DNA of 32,000 bases, taken from NCBI RefSeq assembly GCF_003324675.1, contig NZ_CP030918.1, positions 1,680,001 to 1,712,000 on the forward strand, read 5' to 3'. The notes below the pieces were generated by a model, which saw only the letters and a program-made list of their open reading frames with translations, did not search any database and had not been told where the DNA came from. Positions 10,945 to 21,912 of this stretch are shown here, in pieces. Numbering within the stretch: the stretch's first letter is position 1; each line of letters begins with the position of its first letter. Origin of the DNA: Paracoccus suum (lineage in GTDB: Bacteria; Pseudomonadota; Alphaproteobacteria; Rhodobacterales; Rhodobacteraceae). Both the position numbers and the translations under genes were made by a program.

Positions 10945-11210
10945 TGGCGGGGCTGGACAGGCCGGCGTCCCTCCCTCCGACGGCGCCCGTCGCGCTGCTG
11001 GTATGGTCCGGAGGCGCTGCTGTTGCCGGGCGCGCCCGGCCCGGCACAACCGCAGCCGTCCGCGGGGGCCCATTGCGCAGGGTCAAGACCCTGCTGACCG
11101 CGCCGGAGGTCAGGGGTCTGGGGGACCTGCGCGAACCACCCTGTGCCGCAGGCCCGCAGAGGGCCACGGGCAACCATTTCGACTTTCCGCAAGGGGGGGC
11201 GTGATGGCGG
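10935..11210 (+). repeat. 260-nt GC-rich structured spacer between choX and choW, bracketed by a duplicated stop/start junction
   Basis: GGGGGGCTGATGGCGG at 10935-10950 and GGGGGGGCGTGATGGCGG at 11193-11210 are direct repeats matching at 16 positions with one 1-nt indel. The spacer contains a perfect 16-bp palindrome, GCCGGGCGCGCCCGGC, at 11025-11040 and several further GC hairpins. Confidence 0.6.
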
Positions 11211-12052
11211 ACCCGTTGATGAATTTGGTCACCGAATGGAAGATACCCGTCGGAAAGACCGCAAAGGCCGCTTTTGACTGGCTGAAAGGCCACGCGGCGC
11301 CGGTGTTCGACGCCATATCCAGCGCGCTCGAGCACCTGATCGCGGGGGTGCTGTGGCTGCTGGAAACGCCGCATCCCTTCATCCTGATCGCCATTGCCGT
11401 TGGCATCACCTGGGCGGTGCAGAGGCGGATCGGCACCTGCATCCTCGTCGCGCTGGGGCTGCTGTTTATCCTCAACCAAGGCTACTGGGACGAGACGATG
11501 CAGTCGCTGACGCTGGTGCTGTCGGCCTGCGTGGTGTGCATGGCGCTGGGCGTGCCGCTGGGCATCGCCGCGGCCCATCGTCCGCGCCTCTTTCAGGCGA
11601 TGCGGCCGGTGCTGGACCTGATGCAGACCCTGCCGACCTTTGTCTACCTGATCCCGGCCATCGTGTTCTTTGGCATCGGCATGGTGCCGGGCCTGATCGC
11701 CACCGTCATCTTTGTGCTGCCCGCGCCGATCCGCCTGACCCATCTGGGCATCAGCTCGACCCCGGTCGCGCTGGTCGAGGCGGGACGAGCCTTTGGCGCC
11801 ACCGGGCGGCAGTTGCTGTGGAAGGTGGAACTACCCTCGGCGCTACCGCAGATCATGGCGGGCCTGAACCAGACGATCATGCTGTCGCTGTCGATGGTGG
11901 TCATCGCCGCGCTGGTCGGGGCCAGCGGTCTGGGCGTGCCCGTGGTGCGGGCGCTGAACAGCGTGAACACCGCGTTGGGCTTCGAAAGCGGATTCATCAT
12001 CGTCGTGGTGGCGATCATCCTCGACCGGATGCTGCGGATGGAGCGGTCATGA
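11204..12052 (+). CDS. choW: Choline / glycine-betaine ABC transporter permease (ProW/ChoW family)
   Basis: MADPLMNLVTEWKIPVGKTAKAAFDWLK is the characteristic ProW N-terminus. The EAA-type loop is EAGRAFGATGRQLLWKVELP and there are multiple TM segments. ATGA overlap with the downstream ATPase gene occurs at 12049-12052. Confidence 0.9.
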   Translation: MADPLMNLVTEWKIPVGKTAKAAFDWLKGHAAPVFDAISSALEHLIAGVLWLLETPHPFILIAIAVGITWAVQRRIGTCILVALGLLFILNQGYWDETMQSLTLVLSACVVCMALGVPLGIAAAHRPRLFQAMRPVLDLMQTLPTFVYLIPAIVFFGIGMVPGLIATVIFVLPAPIRLTHLGISSTPVALVEAGRAFGATGRQLLWKVELPSALPQIMAGLNQTIMLSLSMVVIAALVGASGLGVPVVRALNSVNTALGFESGFIIVVVAIILDRMLRMERS

Positions 12053-13098
12053 TGGATGCCAGCACACCTCCCGCAACGCCGGACGTCCGCCCGCCTGCCG
12101 TGGTGTTCGACAATGTCTCGATTGTGTTTGGCAACGACCCTGCCAAGGCGCTGCCCCTGATGGACGGCGGCCTCGACCGGGCCGAGATCAAGGCCCGCAC
12201 CGGACAGGTGCTGGGCGTTCACAACTGCGACCTGACCGTTCCCGAGGCCGAGATCCTGGTGCTGATGGGTCTCTCGGGCAGCGGCAAGTCGACCTTGCTC
12301 CGCGCGGTCAACGCCCTGAACCCGGTCTGCCGGGGCGAGGTGCGGATCAGCGACGGGCACGGGGGAATGGTCAGCGTGACGGCCGCCAACCGCGCCCGCC
12401 TGCGCGAGATCCGCCTCAACCGCGTGTCGATGGTGTTCCAGCAATTCGGCCTGCTGCCGTGGCGCACCGTGCGCCAGAATGTGGGCTTGGGGATGGAACT
12501 TGCGGGTGTGCCCGCGGCCGAATGCGCCGCGCGCACCGATGCCCAGTTGCAGACCGTCGGGCTGTCGGACTGGGCCGATCGCAGGGTCGGCGATCTGTCG
12601 GGCGGCATGCAGCAGCGCGTCGGCCTCGCCCGCGCCTTTGCGACCGAGGCGCCGATCCTGCTGATGGACGAGCCGTTCAGCGCGCTCGATCCGCTCATCC
12701 GCACCCGGCTGCAGGACGAGCTTTTGGAATTGCAGGCCCGCACCCGGCGCACCATCGTCTTTGTGAGCCACGACCTCGACGAGGCATTTAAGCTGGGCAA
12801 CCGCATCGCCCTGATGGAGGGCGGACGCATCGTCCAGTTCGGCACGCCGCGCGACATCGTGGCTGCGCCCGCCAACGGCTATGTCCAGGACTTCGTGGCC
12901 AATATGAACCCGATCGGCGTTCTGACCGCGACCGACATGGCTGAGGATGGCGAGGCCGCTGGCACGGCGCTGCCGCGCGACTTGCCGGCCCGCGACGTGA
13001 TGCAGGCGCTGGGCGAAGTCGAGGCCCTGCCGCTCGAGGGCGGCGGCCGGGTGACGCGGGCAGGTGTGCTGCGCCGGCTTGTCCACCCGCAGGGGTAA
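12049..13098 (+). CDS. choV: Choline / glycine-betaine ABC transporter ATP-binding protein (ProV/ChoV family)
   Basis: The ProV-type N-terminal region is followed by Walker A GLSGSGKSTLLR, signature LSGGMQQRVGLARA, Walker B ILLMDEPFSALD and H-loop VFVSHD. The C-terminal regulatory extension is short. Confidence 0.9.
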   Translation: MMDASTPPATPDVRPPAVVFDNVSIVFGNDPAKALPLMDGGLDRAEIKARTGQVLGVHNCDLTVPEAEILVLMGLSGSGKSTLLRAVNALNPVCRGEVRISDGHGGMVSVTAANRARLREIRLNRVSMVFQQFGLLPWRTVRQNVGLGMELAGVPAAECAARTDAQLQTVGLSDWADRRVGDLSGGMQQRVGLARAFATEAPILLMDEPFSALDPLIRTRLQDELLELQARTRRTIVFVSHDLDEAFKLGNRIALMEGGRIVQFGTPRDIVAAPANGYVQDFVANMNPIGVLTATDMAEDGEAAGTALPRDLPARDVMQALGEVEALPLEGGGRVTRAGVLRRLVHPQG

Positions 13099-13197
13099 TC
13101 CCCGCAAGCGGGATTGGCGCCATCAGCCGTGGGGTTGGCGGGGTTTGCCTTATTGCCAGCTTTGGGGGCGCGGGTCCAAGCGCCGCAGGGCCAGGTC

Positions 13198-13227
13198 AAA
13201 AAAAGCGCCGCCCTTTCGGGGCGGCGC
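13198..13227 (-). terminator. Rho-independent terminator downstream of the FadL-like OMP gene
   Basis: On the minus strand the stem GCGCCGCCC(C) / loop GAAA / stem GGGCGGCGC is followed by a run of 7 T, which is the A-run at 13198-13204 on the plus strand. It lies 20 nt after the stop at 13248. Confidence 0.75.
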
Positions 13228-13247
13228 ATTCCTCATGCTTGAGCCGA

Positions 13248-16078
<2,831 letters not shown>

Positions 16079-16227
16079 GGCTGGTCAGCCCGGCAGGTTG
16101 CGAGGCGCGAGGGCCGGTCCTTGGGGCCGGCCTCATGCGTAGGGAAGCGGGGTGCTGGGCAGGTTTAGGATGCGGACCAATGGCCCGCCCCAGACGCCCG
16201 ACCATGCCGGGACGTCCCCCGTGCCGC

Positions 16228-17259
16228 CTAGACGCCCGCCATCTGCGGCACCGGCACGCCCTCGCGGCGCTTGCCGGTCAGGGCGTCGAACAGATGCAGC
16301 GCCGCGGGATCAGCGCGCAGTTGCAGGCGGTCGGACAGCGGCATGTCGGGTGGCAGCGTCACGGCCAACGGCTCGCCGGCGACCGTGCCATGCACCAGCC
16401 GCTGCGGTCCCAGTTCTTCGATGGCGGTGATCGTCAACTCGATCGGGCCGCCCGCAGCCGGAACCAGGTCCTCGGGGCGCACGCCCAGGATCGCGTCGGG
16501 CAAGCCCATCTGCGGCAGCGCGGCGGTCGGGATCAGGTTCATCGGCGGTGCGCCGATAAAGCCCGCGACAAAGACCGAGGCGGGCCGGCGATAAACCTCG
16601 AGCGGCGTTCCGATCTGCTCGACCGCGCCTGCGTTCAGGACCACCAGACGGTCGGCCAGGGTCATCGCCTCGATCTGGTCATGCGTTACATAAAGGGCCG
16701 TGGTCCGCAGCCGGCGCTGCAGTGCCTTGATCTCCAGCCGCATGGCGCCGCGCAGTTTCGCGTCGAGGTTCGAGAGCGGCTCGTCGAACAGGAACGCCGC
16801 CGGCTCGCGCACGATGGCGCGACCCATCGCGACGCGCTGGCGCTGTCCCCCGGACAGCGCGCGCGGGCGGCGGTCCAGGTAGGGCCCAAGTTGCAGCATC
16901 CGCGCGGCCTCGTCGACGCGGCGGGCAATCTCGTCCTTGGGCGTGCGGCGGTTGCGCAGCCCGTAGGCCAGATTGTCGCGCACCGACATATGCGGGTAGA
17001 GCGCGTAGTTCTGGAACACCATGGCGATGTCACGGTCGGCCGGCTCGACATCGTTCACGACGCGCCCGCCGATGGTGACCGTGCCGTCGGTGATAGCCTC
17101 GAGGCCCGCGACCATGCGCAGCAAGGTCGATTTGCCGCAGCCGGACGGGCCAACCAGCACGACGAATTCGCCGTCGGCTACGTCGAGGTCGACATCGCCG
17201 ACCGCGCGGGTACCGCCAGGATAGACCTTGCCGAGCCCGTCAAGAGTGATCTGCGCCAC
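16228..17259 (-). CDS. ugpC: sn-glycerol-3-phosphate ABC transporter ATP-binding protein
   Basis: Walker [19 protein letters not shown], signature [14 protein letters not shown], Walker [12 protein letters not shown], and a MalK-type C-terminal domain. It is the last gene of the ugpBAEC-ordered operon. Confidence 0.9.
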   Translation of the reverse strand: MAQITLDGLGKVYPGGTRAVGDVDLDVADGEFVVLVGPSGCGKSTLLRMVAGLEAITDGTVTIGGRVVNDVEPADRDIAMVFQNYALYPHMSVRDNLAYGLRNRRTPKDEIARRVDEAARMLQLGPYLDRRPRALSGGQRQRVAMGRAIVREPAAFLFDEPLSNLDAKLRGAMRLEIKALQRRLRTTALYVTHDQIEAMTLADRLVVLNAGAVEQIGTPLEVYRRPASVFVAGFIGAPPMNLIPTAALPQMGLPDAILGVRPEDLVPAAGGPIELTITAIEELGPQRLVHGTVAGEPLAVTLPPDMPLSDRLQLRADPAALHLFDALTGKRREGVPVPQMAGV

Positions 17260-17260
17260 G

Positions 17261-18109
17261 TTACTTCTCCGTATCGACCAGGCCCTTGACGAACAGGCGC
17301 TGCATAAACACGATCACCAGCAGGGGCGGCAGCACCGCCAGCACGGCGGTCGCCATGACCAGATGCCACTGCGGCTGCGCGTCGGCGACATCGGCCATAC
17401 GCTTGATGCCGGCGACGATGGTGTACTTGCTGCTGCTCGTCGTGACCAGAAGCGGCCACAGGTACTGGTTCCAGCCATAGATGAACATGATCACGAACAG
17501 CGCCGCGATATTGGTGCGCGACAGCGGCAGCAGGATGTCGCGAAAGAACTTCATCGGCCCCGCGCCGTCGATCCGCGCCGCCTCCGTCAACTCGTCCGGC
17601 ATGGTCAGGAACACCTGCCGGAAGAGGAAAGTCGCGGTGGCGCTGGCGATCAGTGGGATCGAGAGGCCCGCATAGGTGTTCAGCATCCCGAGGTCCGCGA
17701 CCACTTTGTAAGTCGGCACGATCCGCACCTCGACCGGCAGCATCAGCGTGGCAAAAATGATCCAGAATGCTGCCATGCGGAACGGAAAGCGGAAATAGAC
17801 GATGGCGAATGCGGATATGATCGAGATCGCGATCTTTCCCAACGCGATCGAGAGCGCCATGATCAGGCTGTTGCCGAGCATCCGCCCGACCGGCGGCATG
17901 CCGCTGCTGCTGACGCCGGTGCTGAACATGTGGCCATAGTTCTCGATCAGGTTCGGCCCCGGCAACATCGGCACCACGCCGGACATGAAGTCATTCGGCC
18001 CGTGGGTCGAGGCGACAAAGGCCAGCCATAGCGGCATGGCGACGATGGCGACGCCAAAGATGAGCACGAGATGGGCGAGGAAGTTCAGAAACGGGCGATC
18101 CTCGACCAT
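17261..18109 (-). CDS. ugpE: sn-glycerol-3-phosphate ABC transporter permease
   Basis: 282 aa, a 6-TM MalG-type permease with EAA loop [27 protein letters not shown] coupling with ugpA occurs at 18107-18111. Confidence 0.9.
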   Translation of the reverse strand: MVEDRPFLNFLAHLVLIFGVAIVAMPLWLAFVASTHGPNDFMSGVVPMLPGPNLIENYGHMFSTGVSSSGMPPVGRMLGNSLIMALSIALGKIAISIISAFAIVYFRFPFRMAAFWIIFATLMLPVEVRIVPTYKVVADLGMLNTYAGLSIPLIASATATFLFRQVFLTMPDELTEAARIDGAGPMKFFRDILLPLSRTNIAALFVIMFIYGWNQYLWPLLVTTSSSKYTIVAGIKRMADVADAQPQWHLVMATAVLAVLPPLLVIVFMQRLFVKGLVDTEK

Positions 18110-18987
18110 CAGTAGGCCACCCGCTTTTCGATCCAGCGGAACTGGATGACGGTCAGGACGATGACGATCAGCATCAGGATCACCGATTGTGCGGCCGAGC
18201 TGCCCAGGTTCTGGCCGATGAAGCCGTCGAACCAGACCTTGTAGACCAGGATGTTGGTGGACTGCGCCGGCCCGCCCTCGGTGGTGGCGTCGATCACGCC
18301 AAAGGTCTCGAACATGGCGTAGACGATGTTGACCACCATCAGGAAGAACGTGGTCGGCGACAGCAGGGGCAGGGTGATGGTCACGAAGCGTTTCAGCGGC
18401 CCGGCCCGGTCGATGGCGGCCGCCTCATAAAGACTCTGCGGGATCGACTGCAGCCCTGCGACAAAGAACAGGAAGCTGTAGCTGATGCGGCTCCATGCGC
18501 TGGCGAGGACGATCAGGATCATCGCATCGCGTGGCCGCGAGAGGTGATTCCAGTCATAGCCGACGCCCTTCAGCACATAAGGCAGGATGCCGACCGTGGG
18601 GTTGAAGATGAACCACCACAGGATGCCCGCGACCGCAGGTGCGACCGCGTAGGGCCAGATCAACAGCGTGGTGTAAAAGCGCCCCGAGCGGATCAGGCGG
18701 TCAACGGCGAGGGCCATGACCAATGCGACGACGAGGGACAGCATTGTGGTCGAGACTGCAAAGATCGCGGTGGCCTTGAAGGAGTTGAGGTATTCCGGGC
18801 TGCGCGCCAGGGCTGTGTAGTTCGCAAGCCCCACGAAGCTGGAGTTGAGGCCGAACGCATCCTCGCGCAGAAAGCTTTGGCGGACGGCCTGGGCCGCGGG
18901 CCAGATGAAAAAGATCAGGGTCACAGCAAGCTGGGGCGCCAGCAGCAGCCACGGAAGCAGCCGGTTGCCAAAGAGTGCACGCTTCAT
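18109..18987 (-). CDS. ugpA: sn-glycerol-3-phosphate ABC transporter permease
   Basis: 292 aa, a MalF-type permease with EAA loop [22 protein letters not shown]. It lies between ugpB and ugpE. Confidence 0.9.
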   Translation of the reverse strand: MKRALFGNRLLPWLLLAPQLAVTLIFFIWPAAQAVRQSFLREDAFGLNSSFVGLANYTALARSPEYLNSFKATAIFAVSTTMLSLVVALVMALAVDRLIRSGRFYTTLLIWPYAVAPAVAGILWWFIFNPTVGILPYVLKGVGYDWNHLSRPRDAMILIVLASAWSRISYSFLFFVAGLQSIPQSLYEAAAIDRAGPLKRFVTITLPLLSPTTFFLMVVNIVYAMFETFGVIDATTEGGPAQSTNILVYKVWFDGFIGQNLGSSAAQSVILMLIVIVLTVIQFRWIEKRVAY

Positions 18988-19006
18988 CGTCGGGCTTTCG
19001 CAAAAG

Positions 19007-19035
19007 CGCGGGGCCGGCGCGATGCCAGCCCCGCG
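19007..19035 (-). terminator. Intercistronic stem-loop / partial terminator between ugpB and ugpA
   Basis: The arms CGCGGGGC (19007-19014) and GCCCCGCG (19028-19035) are perfect over 8 bp, with an additional inner GGC/GCC pairing. On the minus strand the stem is followed by CTTTTG. Such hairpins after the binding-protein gene of ABC operons commonly set differential expression. Confidence 0.45.
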
Positions 19036-19053
19036 GCAGGTCTTTATTGGCGC

Positions 19054-20367
19054 TTACTTGTTCTGTGCCTCGAACTCTTCCAGCAGTTTGTTGCCGCGCG
19101 ACACGACAGCGTCAAGCGCGCCCTGCGCGTCCTTCTTGCCGGCCAGCAACTGTTCGAACTCCTCGTCGATGACGGTGCGCACCTGCACGTAGTTGCCGAA
19201 GCGCAGGCCCTTGCTGTTCTCGGTCGGCGGGTTAAGCGTCACTTGCTTGATCGCAACCTCGGTGCCGGGGTTCTTGTCGTAGAAGCCCTGGGACTTGCTC
19301 AGTTCGTAGGCGGCTTGAGTGATCGGCAGATAGCCCGAGGCCTGATGCCAGTCGGCCTGCACCTCGGGGCTGGACAGGTAGGTGAAGAACTTGGCCGCGC
19401 CCTTGTACTCCTCGGCCGGACGACCCTCGAGCACCCACAGGGTGGCACCGCCGATGATGCTGTTCTGCGGCGCGCCGGGCACATCGTCGTAATAGGGCAT
19501 CATGCCGACGCCGACCTTGAAGTCCTTGGCGTTCGCGATGACCGCCGAGCGCGAGCCCGACGAGTTCATATACATCGCGCATTCCTGGCTGTAGAACATC
19601 GGCGGCGCGTTGTCGCCGCCGGTCGGGCCGCCGTATTTGAAGACGCCCTCGTCAGCCCATTTCTTGAGGTTGGCCCAGTGCTTGACCTGCACAGGGCCAT
19701 TCACTGTCAGGCGCGCCGAGGTGCCACCAAAGCCGTTGGCCTCGGTGCCGATGGGCTGGTTGTGCCAGGCGCTCAGGTTCTCGGTCTGGATCCAACTGAT
19801 CCAGCCCGAGGTCAGCCCGCAGGCAGAGCCGCCGGCAGCCTTGATCTTGGCGCTGAAATCCTCGAACTCAGCCCAGGTCTTGGGCGGGGTCTCGGGGTCG
19901 AGGCCGGCTTTTTCGAACATGTCCTTGTTGTAGTAAAGGACCGGGGTCGAGCTGTTGAAGGGCATCGAGAGCATGTTGCCCTGGGGGTCGGTGTAGTAGC
20001 CAACGACTGCCGGCAGGAAGGCCGCCGGATCGAACGGCTCGCCGGCATCGGCCATCATCTGGTAGACCGGCTTGATCGCGCCCTTGGCAGCCATCATCGT
20101 GCCGGTGCCGACCTCGAACACCTGGACGATGGCCGGCTGTTGCTTGGCGCGGAAGGCCGCGATGGCAGCGGTCATCGTCTCGGGGTAGCTGCCCTTGTAG
20201 CTGGGCACAACGACATAGTCGGACTGACTGTCGTTAAAGCCCTTCACGATTTCTTCCAGTTTCGCACCCAGTTCGCCGCCCATGGCGTGCCACCATTGGA
20301 TTTCGGTGGCCGCAAAGGTCGGCGTGGCGACCAGGGCCGCAAGACTGGCGACAGCAAATACCCGCAA
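19054..20367 (-). CDS. ugpB: sn-glycerol-3-phosphate ABC transporter substrate-binding protein
   Basis: The signal peptide is followed by TEIQWWHAMGGELGAKLEEIVKGFNDSQSDYVVVPSYKGSYPETM...AIVQVFEVGTGTMMAAKGAIKPVY. This closely parallels my recollection of the E. coli UgpB N-terminal region. GGAGGA lies 8 nt upstream of the ATG. Confidence 0.9.
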   Translation of the reverse strand: MRVFAVASLAALVATPTFAATEIQWWHAMGGELGAKLEEIVKGFNDSQSDYVVVPSYKGSYPETMTAAIAAFRAKQQPAIVQVFEVGTGTMMAAKGAIKPVYQMMADAGEPFDPAAFLPAVVGYYTDPQGNMLSMPFNSSTPVLYYNKDMFEKAGLDPETPPKTWAEFEDFSAKIKAAGGSACGLTSGWISWIQTENLSAWHNQPIGTEANGFGGTSARLTVNGPVQVKHWANLKKWADEGVFKYGGPTGGDNAPPMFYSQECAMYMNSSGSRSAVIANAKDFKVGVGMMPYYDDVPGAPQNSIIGGATLWVLEGRPAEEYKGAAKFFTYLSSPEVQADWHQASGYLPITQAAYELSKSQGFYDKNPGTEVAIKQVTLNPPTENSKGLRFGNYVQVRTVIDEEFEQLLAGKKDAQGALDAVVSRGNKLLEEFEAQNK

Positions 20368-20414
20368 GACAAATCCTCCTTCAAGAAACTCCCCTGCCCG
20401 TTAGCCGTGCATCA

Positions 20415-20436
20415 TGTCAGTGACGTGTCAATCATT
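20415..20436 (+). promoter_or_regulatory. Pho-box-like pair of 11-bp-phased TGTCA direct repeats in the ugpB / SLT divergent region
   Basis: TGTCAgtgacgTGTCAatcatt has TGTCA at 20415 and 20426, exactly 11 bp apart. This matches 10 of the 14 core positions of CTGTCAT-N4-CTGTCAT. It lies 48-69 nt upstream of the ugpB ATG, but the repeats read on the plus strand. Confidence 0.35.
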
Positions 20437-20521
20437 CAGTCCATTTTTCCGGGTGCGCGGGGCGGGGCGGGAATGCACGGTATCTTAACCCCTCGGTGCT
20501 AGGGATCGCGCGTTCCGCGGG

Positions 20522-21790
20522 GTGTATCTGGTGCGTTGTTCGACGATTTTGCTGGCCGTGGTAGCCTTGCTTCTCGCGGCTCTTTCGGCCGGGCGCACGG
20601 CGGCTAGCCAACCCGCGGCGGCCTGCGAGCGCGCGGCTATTGCAGTGGCCGCTGAAAGCGGCGTCCCGGCCGACATCCTCGGCGCGTTGACCCTCACCGA
20701 GACCGGCCGCCGCGCGGACGGCGTCGTGCGCCCTTGGGCGTGGAGCGTCAATGCAGAGGGCAAGGGTACCTGGTTCGACGCCCCCGGCCCGGCGCTTGCC
20801 TATGCCGAGGACCGCCTGGCGCAAGGACGGCGCAACCTCGATATCGGGTGTTTTCAACTGAATTATCGCTGGCACGGCGCCGGGTTCGCCTCGGTGTCAG
20901 AGATGTTCGACCCGGTGCAGAACGCCCGCTACGCCGCCCGCTTCCTGCGCCAGCTTTATGACGAAAGCGGCGACTGGCGCGCGGCTGCGGGGGCGTTCCA
21001 CTCGCGCCGGCCGGCGGATGCGCGGAAGTATCTGGCACGCTTTGACGAGTTGCGCGCCGGCTTGCAGCAGCGGGGTTGGGCCGGGCTGATGGGCACGCCC
21101 GAGACTTACAACAGCTTTGCCGCCGAAGCCGGGGATGCCGCGGTCACGCCCGGCGGTCTGGTGGGAGTGCTGCACCGCATTGCGGGTGCCGGGCCGGGGT
21201 CCGGCAGTTCCGCCGCGAGGCACGGGGCCGTCGAGGTTACTGCGAGCGCGGGTCCGGAGACCGTCCTCGACGGTGGACAGGCCCCCGCGGATGAGGTCGG
21301 GGGCGCAATGCCGGCCGACGCGCTGGGTCTCGGGGTCGAGGTGCCCGTGCCGGACGGCGCACAAGGCGGCGGCCTGAATGTTGCGCTGGACAGTGGTGGT
21401 TCGAACTCGGGCGGTACCGCACCCGGCGTCTATGACGGGCTTCCCTCTATCGGGTTATCTGCCGGACTTGCTCAGGCGCCGCTTGATGGCACGGCTCCGG
21501 GGCAACAGGGCTTGGCTGCGAAAGCGTCCGGCCAATGGCCGCCCCAGCCGCTGCCCGGCGAGGAGATAAGCTTGCAGCAACTCGCCATGGACCTGACCGG
21601 CCAATCGGGCGGCAAACCGGCCGCCGGTGCCAGCCGCCGGCACCGCGAATCCCAGGCCGGTACCATGCTGCTGGGCGCAATCCGCGGCAGCGGCGAGGCC
21701 GGCGGCGCCGGCTCGCTGGCAGTCCTGGCCGAGGCCCGCGGGCCACTGCTGCAGGGCAGCGCGTCGCTTCTGGCCCGCGGGCAGCCATGA
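20522..21790 (+). CDS. Lytic transglycosylase (SLT domain) protein with a long Gly/Ala/Pro-rich low-complexity C-terminal region
   Basis: GTG start and an N-terminal hydrophobic signal or anchor, ILLAVVALLLAALSAG. The SLT-like core runs from about residue 35 to 185 and includes ILGALTLTETG (candidate catalytic Glu), DIGCFQLNYRWHG and ARYAARFLRQLY. Residues from about 190 to 422 are low complexity. Confidence 0.75.
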   Translation: MYLVRCSTILLAVVALLLAALSAGRTAASQPAAACERAAIAVAAESGVPADILGALTLTETGRRADGVVRPWAWSVNAEGKGTWFDAPGPALAYAEDRLAQGRRNLDIGCFQLNYRWHGAGFASVSEMFDPVQNARYAARFLRQLYDESGDWRAAAGAFHSRRPADARKYLARFDELRAGLQQRGWAGLMGTPETYNSFAAEAGDAAVTPGGLVGVLHRIAGAGPGSGSSAARHGAVEVTASAGPETVLDGGQAPADEVGGAMPADALGLGVEVPVPDGAQGGGLNVALDSGGSNSGGTAPGVYDGLPSIGLSAGLAQAPLDGTAPGQQGLAAKASGQWPPQPLPGEEISLQQLAMDLTGQSGGKPAAGASRRHRESQAGTMLLGAIRGSGEAGGAGSLAVLAEARGPLLQGSASLLARGQP

Positions 21791-21814
21791 TGGGAAGGTC
21801 AGGAATGGGACAGA

Positions 21815-21840
21815 GGCGGCTCTTCGGGCCGCCCCTTTTG
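21815..21840 (+). terminator. Rho-independent terminator after the SLT-domain gene
   Basis: Stem GGCGGC, loop TCTTCGG, stem GCCGCC, followed by CCTTTTG. It begins 25 nt after the stop at 21790. Confidence 0.55.
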
Positions 21841-21912
21841 CGCGCCTTGGGTGACGCGGGTTTACTTTGTCTCGCGCCGCCTATGCCACGCCGGACGGCG
21901 ATGATTTCCCGA

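Noticed and set aside
10944-11204. The 86-codon ORF that exactly fills the choX-choW spacer, considered as a genuine third or fourth transporter gene.
   Set aside because: I did not call it as a CDS. It contains four AGG Arg codons, which appear rare in the confirmed genes of this window. It has no recognisable family, and its Ala/Gly/Pro/Arg composition resembles translated GC-rich non-coding DNA. Its exact coupling at both ends is explained by the duplicated junction. It is kept as an open question in the findings.
18187-20502. A 771-aa plus-strand ORF, the longest in the track, spanning the ugpA-ugpB region.
   Set aside because: It is antisense to ugpA and ugpB, both of which have strong, specific homology signatures. 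Its translation is Arg/Gly/Ala/Asp-rich with no recognisable motifs, which is typical of stop-poor antisense frames in high-GC DNA.
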